A stretch of 64,000 nt of DNA from Macrostomum lignano (Eukaryota). The notes under the pieces are model-generated. The model saw only the letters and a list, made by a program, of their open reading frames with translations, was not told the origin of the DNA and searched no databases. The stretch covers positions 1 to 64,000 of the forward strand of contig NIVC01001341.1 of assembly GCA_002269645.1 (NCBI GenBank), read 5' to 3'. Made by a program: the position numbers and the translations under genes. Numbering within the stretch: the stretch's first letter is position 1; each line of letters begins with the position of its first letter. Positions 1 to 13,650 of this stretch are shown piece by piece.

Positions 1-440
1 CGGTATTGTGTTTGTTTCTGGCGCCAAAGAATCAGCGATATGGTGTTTGTTTATGGCGCCAAAGAATCAGCGATATGGTGTTTGTTTCTGGCGCCAAAGA
101 ATCAGCGATATGGTGTTTGTTTATGGCGCCAAAGAATCAGCGATATGGTGTTTGTTTATGGCGCCAAAGAATCAGCGATATGGTGTCTGTTTTTGGCGCC
201 AAAGAATCAGCGGTATTGTGTTTGTTTCTGGCGCCAAAGAATCAGCGGTATGGTGTTTGTTTTTGGCGCCAAAATATCAGCAGAGGTATCTGTTCTTGGC
301 GCCAAAGAATCAGCGATATGGTGTCTGTTTTTGGTGCCAAAATATCAGCAATATGGTGTCTGCTTTGGCGCCAAAATATCAGCGATATAGTGTCTGTTTT
401 TGGCGCCAAAATATCAGTAAAATGTCAGCTTTGGCGCTAA
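1..440. repeat. 35-bp minisatellite (GGCGCCAAA core) in a DHTKD1 intron
   Basis: Unit GGCGCCAAAGAATCAGCGATATGGTGTTTGTTTCT. Confidence 0.95.
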
Positions 441-574
441 AATATGGATAATACAGGGTGAAGTTAAGATAATTGCCTCAATAATGGCCTGAATGTTTAT
501 TAGCACTGGATTAGAAAACAGTTAACTAAAAGATCAAACATCTTCACTCTCTCAATCATTGTCTTCCAATCCAG

Positions 575-3067
575 ATTCGTGAGCAGCCTCGACTCCAATC
601 TGCAATCCCAAGTGGCCGACTCTTGCTCCAAATGGCGCCAGCATCTCTCAGATGAATTGGCCCTGTCTGAATCTGTCAAAATCGATCAGTACGTTCGCAA
701 AGGTGACTGGAGTTCAGTCAGGCCGCCTGAACGGCGATTAACAGTTTGGGATACCGGATTCGACACTGACAAATTGAAACGCATAGCAACCGCTTCTGTA
801 GCAACTAAAGATTCAACATTTCAATTGCATCCTACGTTAGTTAAAGGGCACGTTGCTAAGCGGTTAGAGCGCCTAGCAACGGGTATGGATTGGGCCACGG
901 CCGAGTGTCTGGCCATCGGCTCGCTGATGCTGCAGGGTCGGCATTGTAGAATCAGCGGCCAAGATGTTGGCAGGGGTACATTCAGTCAGCGGCATGCTAT
1001 GCTAGTTGATCAGGCTGGCGGCGCTATCGATGTACCGTTGAATAGGCTGGCCGATGCCTCCGGTAGGCTGGAGATCGCCAACAGCATTTTATCCGAAGAG
1101 GCTGTGCTAGGATTCGAATTCGGCATGGCCATGGATCAGCCCGATCGGCTGTGCATCTGGGAAGCTCAGTTCGGTGACTTCTTCAACGGTGCTCAAATTA
1201 TTATTGACACTTATATTGGCTCGGCTGAGGCTAAGTGGGGCCATCAGAATGGCCTGGTGCTGTTGCTGCCTCACGGTTACGATGGAGCTGGGCCGGAGCA
1301 CTCCAGCTGCCGGATCGAACGTTGGCTTCAGCTGACTGATTCTAGCGAGGTTGAATCCGACACCGATATGGTTAATATGCAGGTAGATTAGCTGCACCTA
1401 TTCACGCTGTTGTCTGTGTTGAGTTCTTTTTAAATTTGACAAATATTTTTGTCAATATTCGACGGCGGGATTAGTTTGATTAATTAAGCTCAAAAAGCTC
1501 GAAACTTCACAAACTCGAATCTTCACAAACTCTATTCTTCCCAAACTTGATTCTTCCCAAACTCGATTCTTCCCAAACCCGATTCTTCCCAAACTCGATT
1601 CTTCCCAAACCGATTCTTTCCAAACTCGATTCTTCCCAAACCCGATTCTTTCCAAACTCGATTCTTCCCAAACTCGAATATTCACAAACTCGAATCTTCT
1701 CAAACTCGATTCTTTCCAAACTCGATTCTTTCCAAACTCGATTCTTCCCAAACTCGATTCTTCCCTAACTCGATTCTTCCCTAACTCGATTCTTCCCAAA
1801 CTCGATTCTTCCCAAACTCGATTCTTCCCAAACTCTAATATTCACAAACTCGAATCTTCTCAAACTCGAATCTTCACAAGCCCGTAGCTTCACAGACTCT
1901 AAATTTCAGCCAGCTCGAAAAAAGACTAATTAGCAAGATTTTTTCTACTTTAATTTTTTTGCTTTTAGCTTTAGAAAACGACATCGATAGTAATTCGCTG
2001 GAAACTATGATTTAGTATCTAACGGAGACTTTAAATTAATTACCTTTCTACCAAGGTTGTCAACCCGACCACGCCTGCTCAGTACTTTCACCTGCTTCGT
2101 CGCCAACTAATTGGTAGGAAATTTCGTAAGCCTCTAATTGTTGTCAGCCCGAAGACTTTGCTAAGACACCCGGCTGCAGTGTCCAGTTTGGAAGAGCTCG
2201 CACCTGGTAGACACTTTCAGCATGTTCTGCCCGACCCTTCTGTGAGATTTGATCTTCACTTCTTTGTGTCCATGTTCTTGAATGTACCCTGCCCCAAAAA
2301 GAAAGTACTTTGAGCTCTTCCCCTCTGCCCCAGAATACATGTACATAGCCCTTCCCCCTGCCTCCAGAATGACTGTACACTGAGCCCTTCTCTCTGCCCC
2401 AGAATGAATGTACACTGAGCGGTTCCCCCTGCCCCAGAATGTACACTGAGCCGTTTACCTCTGCCCCAGAATGTACACTGATCCGTTCCCCTCCGCCCCA
2501 GAATGTACACTGAGCCGTTTACCTCTGCCCCAGAGTGTACATTGAGCCGTTTACCTCTGCCCCAGAGTGTACATTGAGCCGTTCCCCTCTACCCCAGAAT
2601 GTACATTGAGCCGTTCCCCTCTACCCCAGGGGATGTACATTGAGACGTTCCCTCTGCCCAGAATGTACATTAGAAAACGAATCAACCATCTGCAGGCGCC
2701 ACAAAGCCCTAAGCGGATAATCATGTGCACAGGCAAGCACTATTACGCGTTGGACGAATATCGCAGAGCCAAGTCGATAAAAGACGCCGCTATAATTCGC
2801 GTGGAACAGCTGACCCCGTTCCCGCTGCACGATGTGCACGCTCAACTAGCCAAATATCCCAACGCTAGGGAACTGGTCTGGAGCCAAGAGGAGCCTCGCA
2901 ATATGGGCGCGTGGTCCTTTGTTGAAGCCAGATTGAGGAATCTTCTGGGCCTGACTGGTGTGCGCTATGCTGGCAGAAAGGAGCTGGCAACACCGGCTGT
3001 TGGTATCGGTTCGCTGCATCGAAGTGAAGCTGACCAACTGATGACTGACGCTTTCTTTTATAATTAG
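575..3067 (+). CDS. DHTKD1: 2-oxoadipate dehydrogenase E1 (DHTKD1), 3' part; exons 575-1382, 2056-2241, 2696-3067; 5' exons lie upstream of the window
   Basis: Motifs [45 protein letters not shown] and [20 protein letters not shown] (the GAG..SSCR form is DHTKD1-type rather than OGDH-type), then [17 protein letters not shown] and [15 protein letters not shown]. Canonical AG/GT boundaries; the two internal junctions are phase 0. Confidence 0.93.
1500..1900. repeat. 16-bp minisatellite, DHTKD1 intron
   Basis: Unit AAACTCGATTCTTCCC; a related array lies at 9050-9230. Confidence 0.9.
2310..2675. repeat. ~32-bp minisatellite, DHTKD1 last intron
   Basis: Unit GAATGTACACTGAGCCGTTCCCCTCTGCCCCA. Confidence 0.9.
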
Positions 3068-3399
3068 TTATTGAAATGCGATTAAGAATTTCTAATTGGA
3101 ATTTTTGTTAATCTCTATTGAAATTTATTGTTGATTTATGAATTAGTTGGTTTAATCCTTTTTAAGACTAGCAATACGAAAATGAATCTGAGTGAATGGG
3201 TTATTTTATTTAGCTTAATTTCGAGCAGTATTCTTAATTATTGTCTTCCTATGTGTATGTGTTAAAAAATATTTTATCCTTAATAGCTAACTTGATCTTT
3301 TAAACAAGTTCTGTCAGCTGTTTAGCGCCAATTTGAGTCAATGTTTAGCGTAGCGTCACTTTGAAATCATTTCGGATGCTAGTTCGAATCATAGTTTTA

Positions 3400-3990
3400 G
3401 CGCTATTTTGAATCATTGTTTTGGCGCTATTTTGAATCAATGTTTGGCGCTATTTTGAATCATTGTTATTAATTTTTGGCGCTATTTTGAACTAATGTTT
3501 GGCGCTATTTTGAACTAATGTTTGGCGCTATTTTGAACTAATGTTTGGCGCTATTTTGAACTAATGTTTGGCGCTATTTTGAATTAATTTTTGGCGCTAT
3601 TTTGAATTAATGTTTGGCGCTATTTTGAATTAATTTTTGGCGCTATTTTGAAATAATGTTTGGCGCTATTTTGAACTAATGTTTGGCGCTATTTTGAACT
3701 AATGTTTGGCGCTGTTTTGAACTAATGTTTGGCCAATTTGAATCACTGTTTGGCGCCAATTTAAATCATTGTTTGGCGCCAATTTGAATCACTGTTTGGC
3801 GCCAGTTTGAATCAATGTTTGGCGCCAATTTGAATCACTGTTTGGCGCCAATTTAAATCATTGTTTGGCGCCAATTTGAATCACTGTTTGGCGCCAGTTT
3901 GAATCAATGTTTGGCGCCAGTTCGAATTAATGTTTGGCGCCAATTTAAATCATTGTTTGGCACCAATTTGAATCAATGTTTGGCGCCAAT
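3400..3990. repeat. 23-bp minisatellite (GGCGC core)
   Basis: Unit GGCGCTATTTTGAACTAATGTTT grading into GGCGCCAATTTGAATC variants. Confidence 0.92.
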
Positions 3991-4619
3991 TCGACTGCGT
4001 TGTCCATTTAGTAATTTTTCAAGTACGTTGCACTTATGAAACGAGATTTCGGCTCTTAGAATCCTTGTGAAGTACTCGTAGCTATCATGCATGCATATTA
4101 ATAGTTATCAGCCTTGTTGTTAGTCTGTTTCAAGAGCTCATTGTTTTAAATTCACCAATATTTGTTTTTCTCTCCGTTTGTTATAGTCTCGCTTGAAGTT
4201 CTCGTCTCCTCCCTATATTTTTGGGTTATTTTTTGTTCATTTTCTTCCCAGTGTCAATTTTTCCTTTGTCGAGTCTTATTAGTTTAGTCAGTAGCTTTTT
4301 TATCTAACTTTGTGTATTATTATTCTGTATTAGATGAAAGTTGATCAGGTGCCAGTTGTTTATCAATAGTGCCTATAAGTCCTGCTAATTTCACTTATAG
4401 TTATCTCTGATACTGAAATCTGTATTATTATTTAAACACGATTTCTGCTCTTATCAAATCAATTTAAATCTTCAATTAAAAGTTTATTTTACCCTCCAGT
4501 TCGGCTTAGTAGTTTACAAACAAAACTACTTAACAGTAATAAAATATATATTACATATATTGCGGAAATTGCGTTGATTCTATTTTTCTATTGTGATTTT
4601 CTATTGTGATTGAGCCTTA

Positions 4620-5400
4620 GAATCTATAGACTTCTATCCCAAATCTATAGACTTCTATCCCAATCTGTAGACTTCTATCCTTCTATCCCAATCTGTAGAC
4701 TTCTATCCCAAATCTATAGACTTCTATCCCCAATCTGTAGACTTCTATCCCCAATCTATAGACTTCTATCCCTAATCTGTAGACCTCTATTCCCAATTTA
4801 TAGACTTCTATCCCCAGTTTATAGAATTCTATCCCCAATCTATAGACTTCTATCCCCAATCTATAGACTTCTATCCCAAATCTATAGACTTCTATCCCCA
4901 ATCTGTAGACTTCTATCCCCAATCTATAGACTTCTATCCCCAGTTTATAGAATTCTATCCCCAATCTATAGACTTCTATCCCCAATCTATAGACTTCTAT
5001 CCCAAATCTATAGACTTCTATCCCCAATCTGTAGACTTCTATCCCCAATCTATAGACTTCTATCCCTAATCTGTAGACCTCTATCCCCAATTTATAGACT
5101 TCTATCCCCAGTTTATAGAATTCTATCCCCAATCTATAGACTTCTATCCCAAATCTATAGACTTCTATCCCAAATCTATAGACTTCTATCCCAAATCTAT
5201 AGACTTCTATCCCAAATCTATAGACTTCTATCCCAAATCTATAGACTTCTATCCCCAATCTGTAGACTTCTATCCCCAATCTATAGACTTCTATCCCAAA
5301 TCTATAGACTTCTTTCCACAATCTATATACTTCTATTCACAATCTATAGACTTCTATCCCAAATCTATCAACTTTTATCTCCAATCTGTAGAGCTAGTTC
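4620..5400. repeat. 21-bp minisatellite
   Basis: Unit TCTATAGACTTCTATCCCCAA. Confidence 0.95.
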
Positions 5401-5779
5401 TCACCCCAATATCTTTTTTCCAAGTTATTTTTCCTATCTTTAGAATTGTGTCCTCAATTTCAAGAATACTACCGCTAATCCCACCCAGTGTATCCTTAAT
5501 CTCACCAAGTCTATCTTTAATCTCACCCAGTCTATCCCTAATCTCACCCAGTCTATCTCTAATCTCTCAATCTCACATCTGTACATATCCCTTAGAGGTC
5601 CTATAACTTTTAGACATATAATCGGTTTGTTTTTTTCATGCTTCAGTGGAGCTTCAATTACAAAGAAACCCTAAATTTCGTAAAAAAAAACCCAACAACA
5701 GATAATCAGTAATTCCAGTTAATTTTTTCAAAACTCTGCCTTCATCTTTGATGGTGAGTAAATAAGTCTAAAAGAGAAA

Positions 5780-7135
5780 ATGGATGGATCAACTGCTGAT
5801 CACGAAGTGCCAATAATCAGTCCGTCTACTTCTAGTAGCAACAGGCAGCAATTATTCGCCGTTGGTAAATTGTTAGCTGAAAAATTCGAAAATGGCGTCG
5901 CGCATTTCAAAGTTCGCTGGAAGAATTATTCGTCAGCTCACGATACCTGGGAACCGGAGAGCAACCTGAGCTCCGTAGCCGAGCTGGTGCAACAATTTCG
6001 ACAGAAAGGTGCCGTCGCTTCCGGCAGTGGCGTCGGTAGCTCTGCTCACACTACTGCCAGTAGTAGTTCTAGAAAACGTAATGCCAATCGAAAATGGGAC
6101 GTCGTGCCCGCTAGTCAGTTAGTCGCGTCGAAAACGAAATTTTTCGACGATTTAGAAGCGGGTAAAATCGATATTATGTAAGTGAACTTTGTGGTTTGGA
6201 TTGAGACTTGTAGCTAACGTAATTTGAATTCTCCTGGGCAGGTGTGCCAATTAGAGGCAGAGGGCTGTGTGCACCCTGGCGCACTTCAAGCGACATTGTC
6301 ACACAACCGGCGAGAGGCACTGCTGCCCATTCCACTGACTCCCCTGAGCAGGCACACAAGCGCGCGGATACGTACGCAGACACACACTCACACAGGAGTG
6401 TACAGCGGCCCTAACTTTATTTATCGTTAGGCATGTACACTTCACTGTGCCTTGGGGGTTGGGCCTCAAGGCCGTTAATTGCACGAGCAGAGCCAAGCCA
6501 AGACTCCAATTTAGCCCCAAATTAATGTGACTGCACTTGGAATCGAGCCTGGGCCGCTGGTCTACGGCGCTCTTGGCTACCCATACAGTCATTGTCAATC
6601 AATTATCTTTGAAGTCTTTGTTCAGATTGACAATATCCTCATTGAGTCTTTGTTCAGCTCGCTAATATCGATACCCCATTTAAAATGAGCCGTTGGCCAT
6701 TCGAACTTTTCCTTGGTCTCTGTTCATCATCAAGCGCCTCATCAACTTCTCTCCTCCCCCTTCCTCAGATCTAACGATCTCTACAGTCGTGTGAAATGCC
6801 GACGTCGAATCAACGGCGACAGCGAGAGCGCCGCTTCGGACCTGGACGATGACGAAATCGACGTCCCAGTTCGAGCCGTCTCATCCGAGCCTCCAGTCCA
6901 GTCCCGATTCGAAGAGTCCGAAAAAATCAATGACGATTTGAATAATGAAAGTCGCACAGCTGATGCCGGTGAGGCTGATTATGAAGACGATGATGATGAT
7001 GATGTGGATGCGAATTCGAACCACTCGGATACTGGCAGCTGCTTTGCGGCCAACTCTGTTGGCTCGTCTAGCACCGTTGAGATGGACGAAAGCCGGCCAG
7101 CTGTTCAGGTAGCTGGGCGCGTTTTTTATGACAGG

Positions 7136-7168
<33 letters not shown>

Positions 7169-7194
7169 GGACACTAAGACAGACATACAGACAT

Positions 7195-7261
<67 letters not shown>

Positions 7262-7287
7262 ACTGAACTGACAGACACACACACAGG

Positions 7288-7325
<38 letters not shown>

Positions 7326-7388
7326 ACTGAACTGACAGACACACACACAGGCAGACAGACAGACAGACAGACACATAGACAGGAAGGC

Positions 7389-7436
<48 letters not shown>

Positions 7437-7480
7437 GGACACTAAGACAGGCAGACAGACAGACAGACAGACAGACACTA

Positions 7481-7525
<45 letters not shown>

Positions 7526-7616
7526 ACTGAACTGACAGACAGACAAACAGACAACTGAACTGACAGACACACACACAGGCAGACAGACAGACAGACAGAC
7601 ACATAGACAGGAAGGC

Positions 7617-7664
<48 letters not shown>

Positions 7665-7708
7665 GGACACTAAGACAGGCAGACAGACAGACAGACAGAC
7701 AGACACTA

Positions 7709-7753
<45 letters not shown>

Positions 7754-7896
7754 ACTGAACTGACAGACAGACAAACAGACAACTGAACTGACAGACACAC
7801 ACACAGGCAGACAGACAGACAGACAGACACATAGACAGGCAGACAGGAAGGCAGACAGACAGACAGACAGACAGACAGACACTAAGACAGACACTA

Positions 7897-7965
<69 letters not shown>

Positions 7966-10900
7966 CTAAGACACACAGACAACTGACAGACAGACAACTG
8001 ACAGACAGACAAACAGACTGACGAAAACAGACAGGCAGACACTTCAAGACAGGCAGACACTTCAAGACAAGCAGACACTACAAGGATAGACAGAATCTAC
8101 AAGCCAGACAGACACTACAAAACAAAGACACTTAAAACACTCGTATAAACACAGTCAGATACTACGACAGATAGCTGAACTGATATGTATATAAATAATA
8201 ATAAAATAGCAGTATAACTAGGTATAGTCAAGACATAAAGCCTATTAGTCTCACACATTTATTTTCAACCTCATTGCATCCAGGGCCTGACAACTTCCAC
8301 TGTGGCCGCTTTAAGCGTTGTTGCCAAGGATGTCATCGCTAATAACTCGGCGTCCAGTTGCGACTCTGGCTGCCCAGTCACTCCGCCTAAACAGCAGCAA
8401 CAACAGCAGAAGCAGCAGCAGCAGCAATCTTTGCTTAACAACTTGCTTTTATCCGCTAAAAAGCCTAGAATTCATACGCAAAAGCGAAAGCAGATCAAGC
8501 AGCAACAAAAGCAACAACAACACGAGGATGAAGGCGTTGTTGAAAATGATGAACAAATCGATGATGAAATCGACGAATTTGACGATTTAACTGGCGTAGA
8601 TTTGCCAACGCCTTCCTATAGTCAAGTTGAACTGTTTAGAGCTCACCTGAGACCGAGCGTTTCGGGCGATGTTGGTCGGATTGATGGCGGCGACGTCTTG
8701 ACTTTGTCAGCTAAGCAACAATTTCGCCGCAGGCGTCGTTCCGCTCCGTTGTCGTTTGCGGCGCTGTGCCAGGCGGTTGAACGTGGCGACTGGCTTGCCG
8801 TCCAGCGGACTCTGATGCTTCGCGGATCATTTAGTAGGGCCAGCTTAGCGATGGCTTCCATGCCGTCAGTTGCTGTCTCGTCTGAGGAGCGATTAACGCT
8901 AGACTGTTTTCGCCGGCTGCTTTGCTTGGCGGCTAGCCGTGGTCACGCTTGCCTGGTGGACCTGTTGCTGGCTAAAGCGCCGGAGTTCTGTGATGGACAG
9001 GTTAGAAATCCAATTGGATAGATGTTTTCTTGTAGCCTTAGGGTGACGTAGTTTTCACAACTCGAATCTTCACCGGCTCGAATCTTCAGAAGCTCGAAGC
9101 TTCAGAAGCTCGAATCTTCACAAACTTGAATCTTCACCAGCTCCAATCTTCACAAGCTCCAATCTTCATAAGCTTGAATCTTCACAAACTTGAATCTTTA
9201 CAAGCTCGAATCTTAACAAACTCGAAAGTTCATGAGCCTTCTCACTTTTCTTGTACATGCATGTATGTTCTGTTTGCATTAATTATCTCTATCCTAAGGG
9301 AGAAACTATCAACTTGAAATCCTTCAACAATGCCTGCAGAATCTAGACGTGAATTTCCAATCGCCGGACCCCTGCTTCGGCCCGGCTTCGCCTCTAATGC
9401 TGGCGGTTGAACAGGACTCGCTGCCTACTGTGCATCGCCTGCTGATTGCCGGTGCCGATCCCGACCACTGTTGCTTCGACGACAGCGGCGTCGGCGGCTG
9501 CAGAAGCTCCGCACTCTACAGAGCCATCCGTAATCGCCGGCCTCATCTAGTGGAAGCTCTCTGCTCTGAAGGTGGCGTAGATTTTGCCGCTATTGTCGAC
9601 TCGCGCGATAATTTAACAGCGTTGCGCTATGCTAAGCAAACTTGTCAGCGCAGCGCGTTGGTATTGCAACGCTACGCTCGGCAGGTGTGCAAATCGATGC
9701 ACGATCTTTTGATTGATCGGCTGGGTAGATTTGGATTCGAACCGGCTGTGCTGCTGTTCGCTCCGCATTATGTTCGGCCTGGGAGTGCTGCGGCTGCAGT
9801 CGACTCGGATAGCTGTGAGCTTTCTTTGGTTTTCCAGGGCTATGCGGTTTCTAGGCTGTTGCTATGCGGTTTCTAGGCTGTTGCTATGCGGTTTCTAGGC
9901 TGTTGCTATGCGGTTTCTAGGCTGTTGCAATGCGGTTTCTAGGCTGTTGCTATGCGGTTTCTAGGCTGTTGCTATGCGGTTTCTAGGCTGTTGCAATGCG
10001 GTTTCTAGGCTGTTGCAATGCGGTTTCTAGGCTGTTTCTATGCGGTTTGTAGGCTGTTGCTATGCGGTTTCTAGGCTGTTGCAATGCGGTTTCTAGGCTG
10101 TTGCTATGCGGTTTCTAGGCTGTTGCAATGCGGTTTCTAGGCTGTTGCTATGCGGTTTCTAGGCTGTTGCAATGCGGTTTCTAGGCTGTTGCAATGCGGT
10201 TTCTAGGCTGTTGCTATGCGGTTTCTAGGCTGTTGCAATGCGGTTTCTAGGCTGTTGCAATGCGGTTTCTAGGCTGTTGCTATGCGGTTTCTAGGCTGTT
10301 GCAATGCGGTTTCTAGGCTGTTGCAATGCGGTTTCTAGGCTGTTGCTATGCGGTTTCTAGGCTGTTGCAATGCGGTTTCTAGGCTGTTGCTATGCCGTTT
10401 CTAGTCTGTTGCTATGCGGTTTCTAGGCTGTTGCAATGCGGTTTCTAGGCTGTTGCTATGCGGTTTCTAGGCTGTTGCTATGCGGTTTCTAGGCTGTTGC
10501 AATGCGGTTTCTAGGCTGTTGCAATGCGGTTTCTAGGCTGTTGCAATGCGGTTTCTAGGCTGTTGCTATGCGGTTTCTAGGCTGTTGCTATGCGGTTTCT
10601 AGGCTGTTGCAATGCGGTTTCTAGGCTGTTGCTATGCGGTTTCTAGGCTGTTGCTATGCGGTTTCTAGGCTGTTGCTATGCGGTTTCTAGGCTGTTGCAA
10701 TGCGGTTTCTAGGCTGTTGCAATGCGGTTTCTAGGCTGTTGCAATGCGGTTTCTAGGCTGTTGCAATGCGGTTTCTAGGCTGTTGCAATGCGGTTTCTAG
10801 GCTGTTGCTATGCGGTTTCTAGGCTGTTGCTATGCGGTTTCTAGGCTGTTGCAATGCGGTTTCTAGGCTGTTGCAATGCGGTTTCTAGGCTGTTGCAATG

Positions 10901-11124
10901 CGGTTTCTAGGCTGTTGCAATGCGGTTTCTAGGCTGTTGCAATGCGGTTTCTAGGCTGTTGCAATGCGGTTTCTAGGCTGTTGCAATGCGGTTTCTAGGC
11001 TGTTGCTATGCGGTTTCTAGGCTGTTGCTATGCGGTTTCTAGGCTGTTGCTGGGTGTTTTAGGCTGCTGCTATGCGGTTTCTATGCTGTTGCTATGCGGT
11101 TTCTGTGAAATTTCTTTACGCATG

Positions 11125-11162
<38 letters not shown>

Positions 11163-11745
11163 GCTGTTGCTATGTGGTTTCTAGGCTGTTGCTATGCGGT
11201 TTTTAATCGGCTGCTATGTGGCTTCTAATCGGTTGCTATAGTATGTGGTTTCTAAGCTGTTAGTTACTCCACGAGTATTGTCATCTCACAATCTGTAAAG
11301 CTACTCAAACCCATCCGACTTGTTTTGTCCAGCGAACAACAATCGGAACTGGTCGACAAATTTTCACCTACCCGCTGATGAAGCCGCTCGGCGCGGTCAC
11401 GTTCTGGCTCTGATCCACTGCCACCAGCAGCCCAGATCGCTGCTGCTAGCGCCAGCCAGTGGCGGTGCCGAAGAGCCACCGCTCAACCTGCACTGTTGGC
11501 TATCCGATGGTCCGTGTCACGTGACCAGCGTGTTATTAAACGATCATCGACAATTGCCATTGTTAGTTAGCGGCGATCGATTTCTAGTCGGTTTGAGTAA
11601 CTGCTTGCCGGGCGAGAATCGATTAAGATTAACCTTTTCTCGCTGTCAGCAGCAGCAGGAACGGCTCAGATGCCTTCGTATTGGAGTCTTCGCCTTTCGT
11701 CTTGTAGAGCGAACCGGCAGTGAGGCGGCAACAGCTGATTCTTAA
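5780..11745 (+). CDS. MPHOSPH8: MPP8-like chromodomain-ankyrin-PINIT protein (~780 aa); exons 5780-6177, 6769-7108, 8284-9000, 9340-9814, 11333-11745
   Basis: N-terminal chromodomain LFAVGKLL...[18 protein letters not shown] with aromatic cage F/W/Y; acidic linker; ankyrin repeats ([42 protein letters not shown]); C-terminal [17 protein letters not shown]...PGENRLRL resembles the MPP8 C-terminal domain. Splice phases 2,0,0,1 join into one 2343-nt ORF. Confidence 0.8.
6290..6592 (-). mobile_element. Second putative tRNA-derived SINE family
   Basis: B-box-like GGCTCGATTCC near 6538-6548. Body (GGCATGTACAC..CTTGGGGGTTG) is shared with 43960-44090 and, inverted, with 44200-44285. Confidence 0.55.
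7130..8100. repeat. (GACA)n microsatellite with higher-order duplicated blocks, MPP8-like intron 2
   Basis: GACA runs interrupted by recurring ACAACTGAACTG / GGACACTAA blocks. Confidence 0.95.
9840..11260. repeat. 22-bp minisatellite plus a short (GATA)n, MPP8-like intron 4
   Basis: Unit GGCTGTTGCTATGCGGTTTCTA. Confidence 0.95.
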
Positions 11746-11959
11746 TAACTTTGCTACAGTTTTCATAAGAACGTCTACTCTTTTTTCAGTAGTTTGTCTG
11801 CGTAGTGTCACTCAAATTTAATTGGACAAGCTAAAATTTTCATTCATTCCTCGGGGTTGGCAGCGCCTCATGAACATATTGGGTTGAGAATGAACAGCAA
11901 GCATTTAATTCGATGTACAGAAGTGAACGCCGAGAGAGACGTAATTCAACTTGTCAGCA

Positions 11960-12260
11960 GGCCCGATCTAGCTCAACCAATCAGAGAGCAGTAAAGAGAG
12001 AGGGCAAAGTCAGACGGACGAAACTCAGCCTAGGGGCAGGCCAAATTTAGCTCAGCCAATGAGAGAGCAGGAAGGAGAGAGGTCAAAGTTAGACGGACGA
12101 AACTCCAGCCTAGTGGGGACAGTCCCAATCTGGCTCAGCCAATGAGAGAGCAGTAAGGAGAGAGGTCAAATTCAGACGGACGAAACTCCAGCCTAGGGGG
12201 GACAGTCCCAATCTGGCTCAGCCAATGAGAGAGCAGTAAGGAGAGAGGGCAAAGTTAGGT
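11960..12260. repeat. ~60-70 bp tandem repeat x4 containing CCAAT
   Basis: CTCAGCCAATGAGAGAGCAG..GACGGACGAAACTC repeated. Confidence 0.8.
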
Positions 12261-13279
12261 TGAAGATTCTTACTGAAAGTGAGTAGATATGTGCAGAGCG
12301 AACATTTGAATTTAATATATCATAGTGTATCTGTGCTCATAGTCTAATTTAGCTTGCAAAATGCATATAAAACAAATGCATTGTGCATAAAAAATCTGTC
12401 ACCGTGTTTGTCAGGCTGTTTTGACTCAATTTTTTTCAAAGAAATAATAAAAAAGCAAAATGTCTTTTTATTCACATTTTGCCTTTACTTTCTTAAACAC
12501 CGAATTTGGCCTCGTGTATTCATTTTTGTAAGTGTCTGACAGGTCTGTATATGTTGATTATTAATCTGATGTACAGTTATCAGCCAATTTAATATGTCGA
12601 TCAATAACTATAATTTTTTCTTGCAGTATTTTCATATTGTAATAAATATAAGTAATTAAGATTTTGTTATGTTTATTAATTTAATACTGTGATTTTTTGT
12701 ATGGCACAGTTGTTGCTGATAAAGTTAATTTGTGTGCTAAGTTTAAACACTCGATAAGTATTAAATAAGCCTAGTCAGGTGACTTCTGTCTGTTCAAATT
12801 TTTGTACTTTAGTTTTTCTATTTAACTCTGTTAATAATTATATTCCTTAATCCTTGTAATAATTAAATTTAATTTTGATGTGTTAATAATCTTAATATTT
12901 ATAATTATTTTGACGTGCTGTTTATTTTTTCTTTCTCAGACCCAGACCTATTTATGCATTTTGTTAACGAACTTTGTTAAAAGTAGTATGTATAGCAAAC
13001 AGTAGCTAATAAGTTATAAATTGATTTGATTATATAGTGATGTCGAATCACAAATAAAGTGCCACGTCTTACTGTGCAAAAGTGTAATCTGGTAATTTCT
13101 TTTTATCTACCTGTTAAAAGTTATCAATTTATGAAATTAGTACTATAAACTTTCGTTTTGCTGATAATATTTAATATTAACTTCAATATTTTTTTGCTGT
13201 CATGATCTCTTGTTTGCTGGTGTCCCGCACTGTTAAGCCTCACTGTTAAACCTACTTAGCTTCTCAAAACTTTAATCTT

Positions 13280-13650
13280 GTTTTAATGACCTTTCGTATT
13301 CCTAAACCCTTGTTCAGTGACCTCTTATGATTCTTGACTTCTCTTGTTCACTGACCTCTATTTTCCTTGAAATATCTTGTTCAATGACCTCTTGTTTAAT
13401 GACCTTTCATATCCCTAAGCCCTTGTTCAATGACCTCTTGTTTAATGACCTTTCATATCCCTAAACCCTTGTTCAATGACCTCTTATGTTTCTTGACTTC
13501 TCTTGTTCAATGACCTCTCTTGTTCAATGACCTCTCATGTTCAATGACCTCTCATGTTCAATGACCTCTTATGTTCAATGACCTCATATTTTCCTTAAAC
13601 TCTCTTGTTCAATAACCTCTACTGTTCCTTGACCTCTCGTGTTCCTAAAT
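13280..13650. repeat. Degenerate TGTTCAATGACCTC repeat
   Basis: Recurrent motif with variable spacing. Confidence 0.75.

Noticed and set aside
9725-9876. Alternative ends of MPP8-like exon 4 (donor 9725 or read-through into the array)
   Set aside because: The donor GTGAGC at 9815 is stronger, matches the phase of acceptor 11333 and retains the FEP..H segment. 9725 remains a possible minor site.
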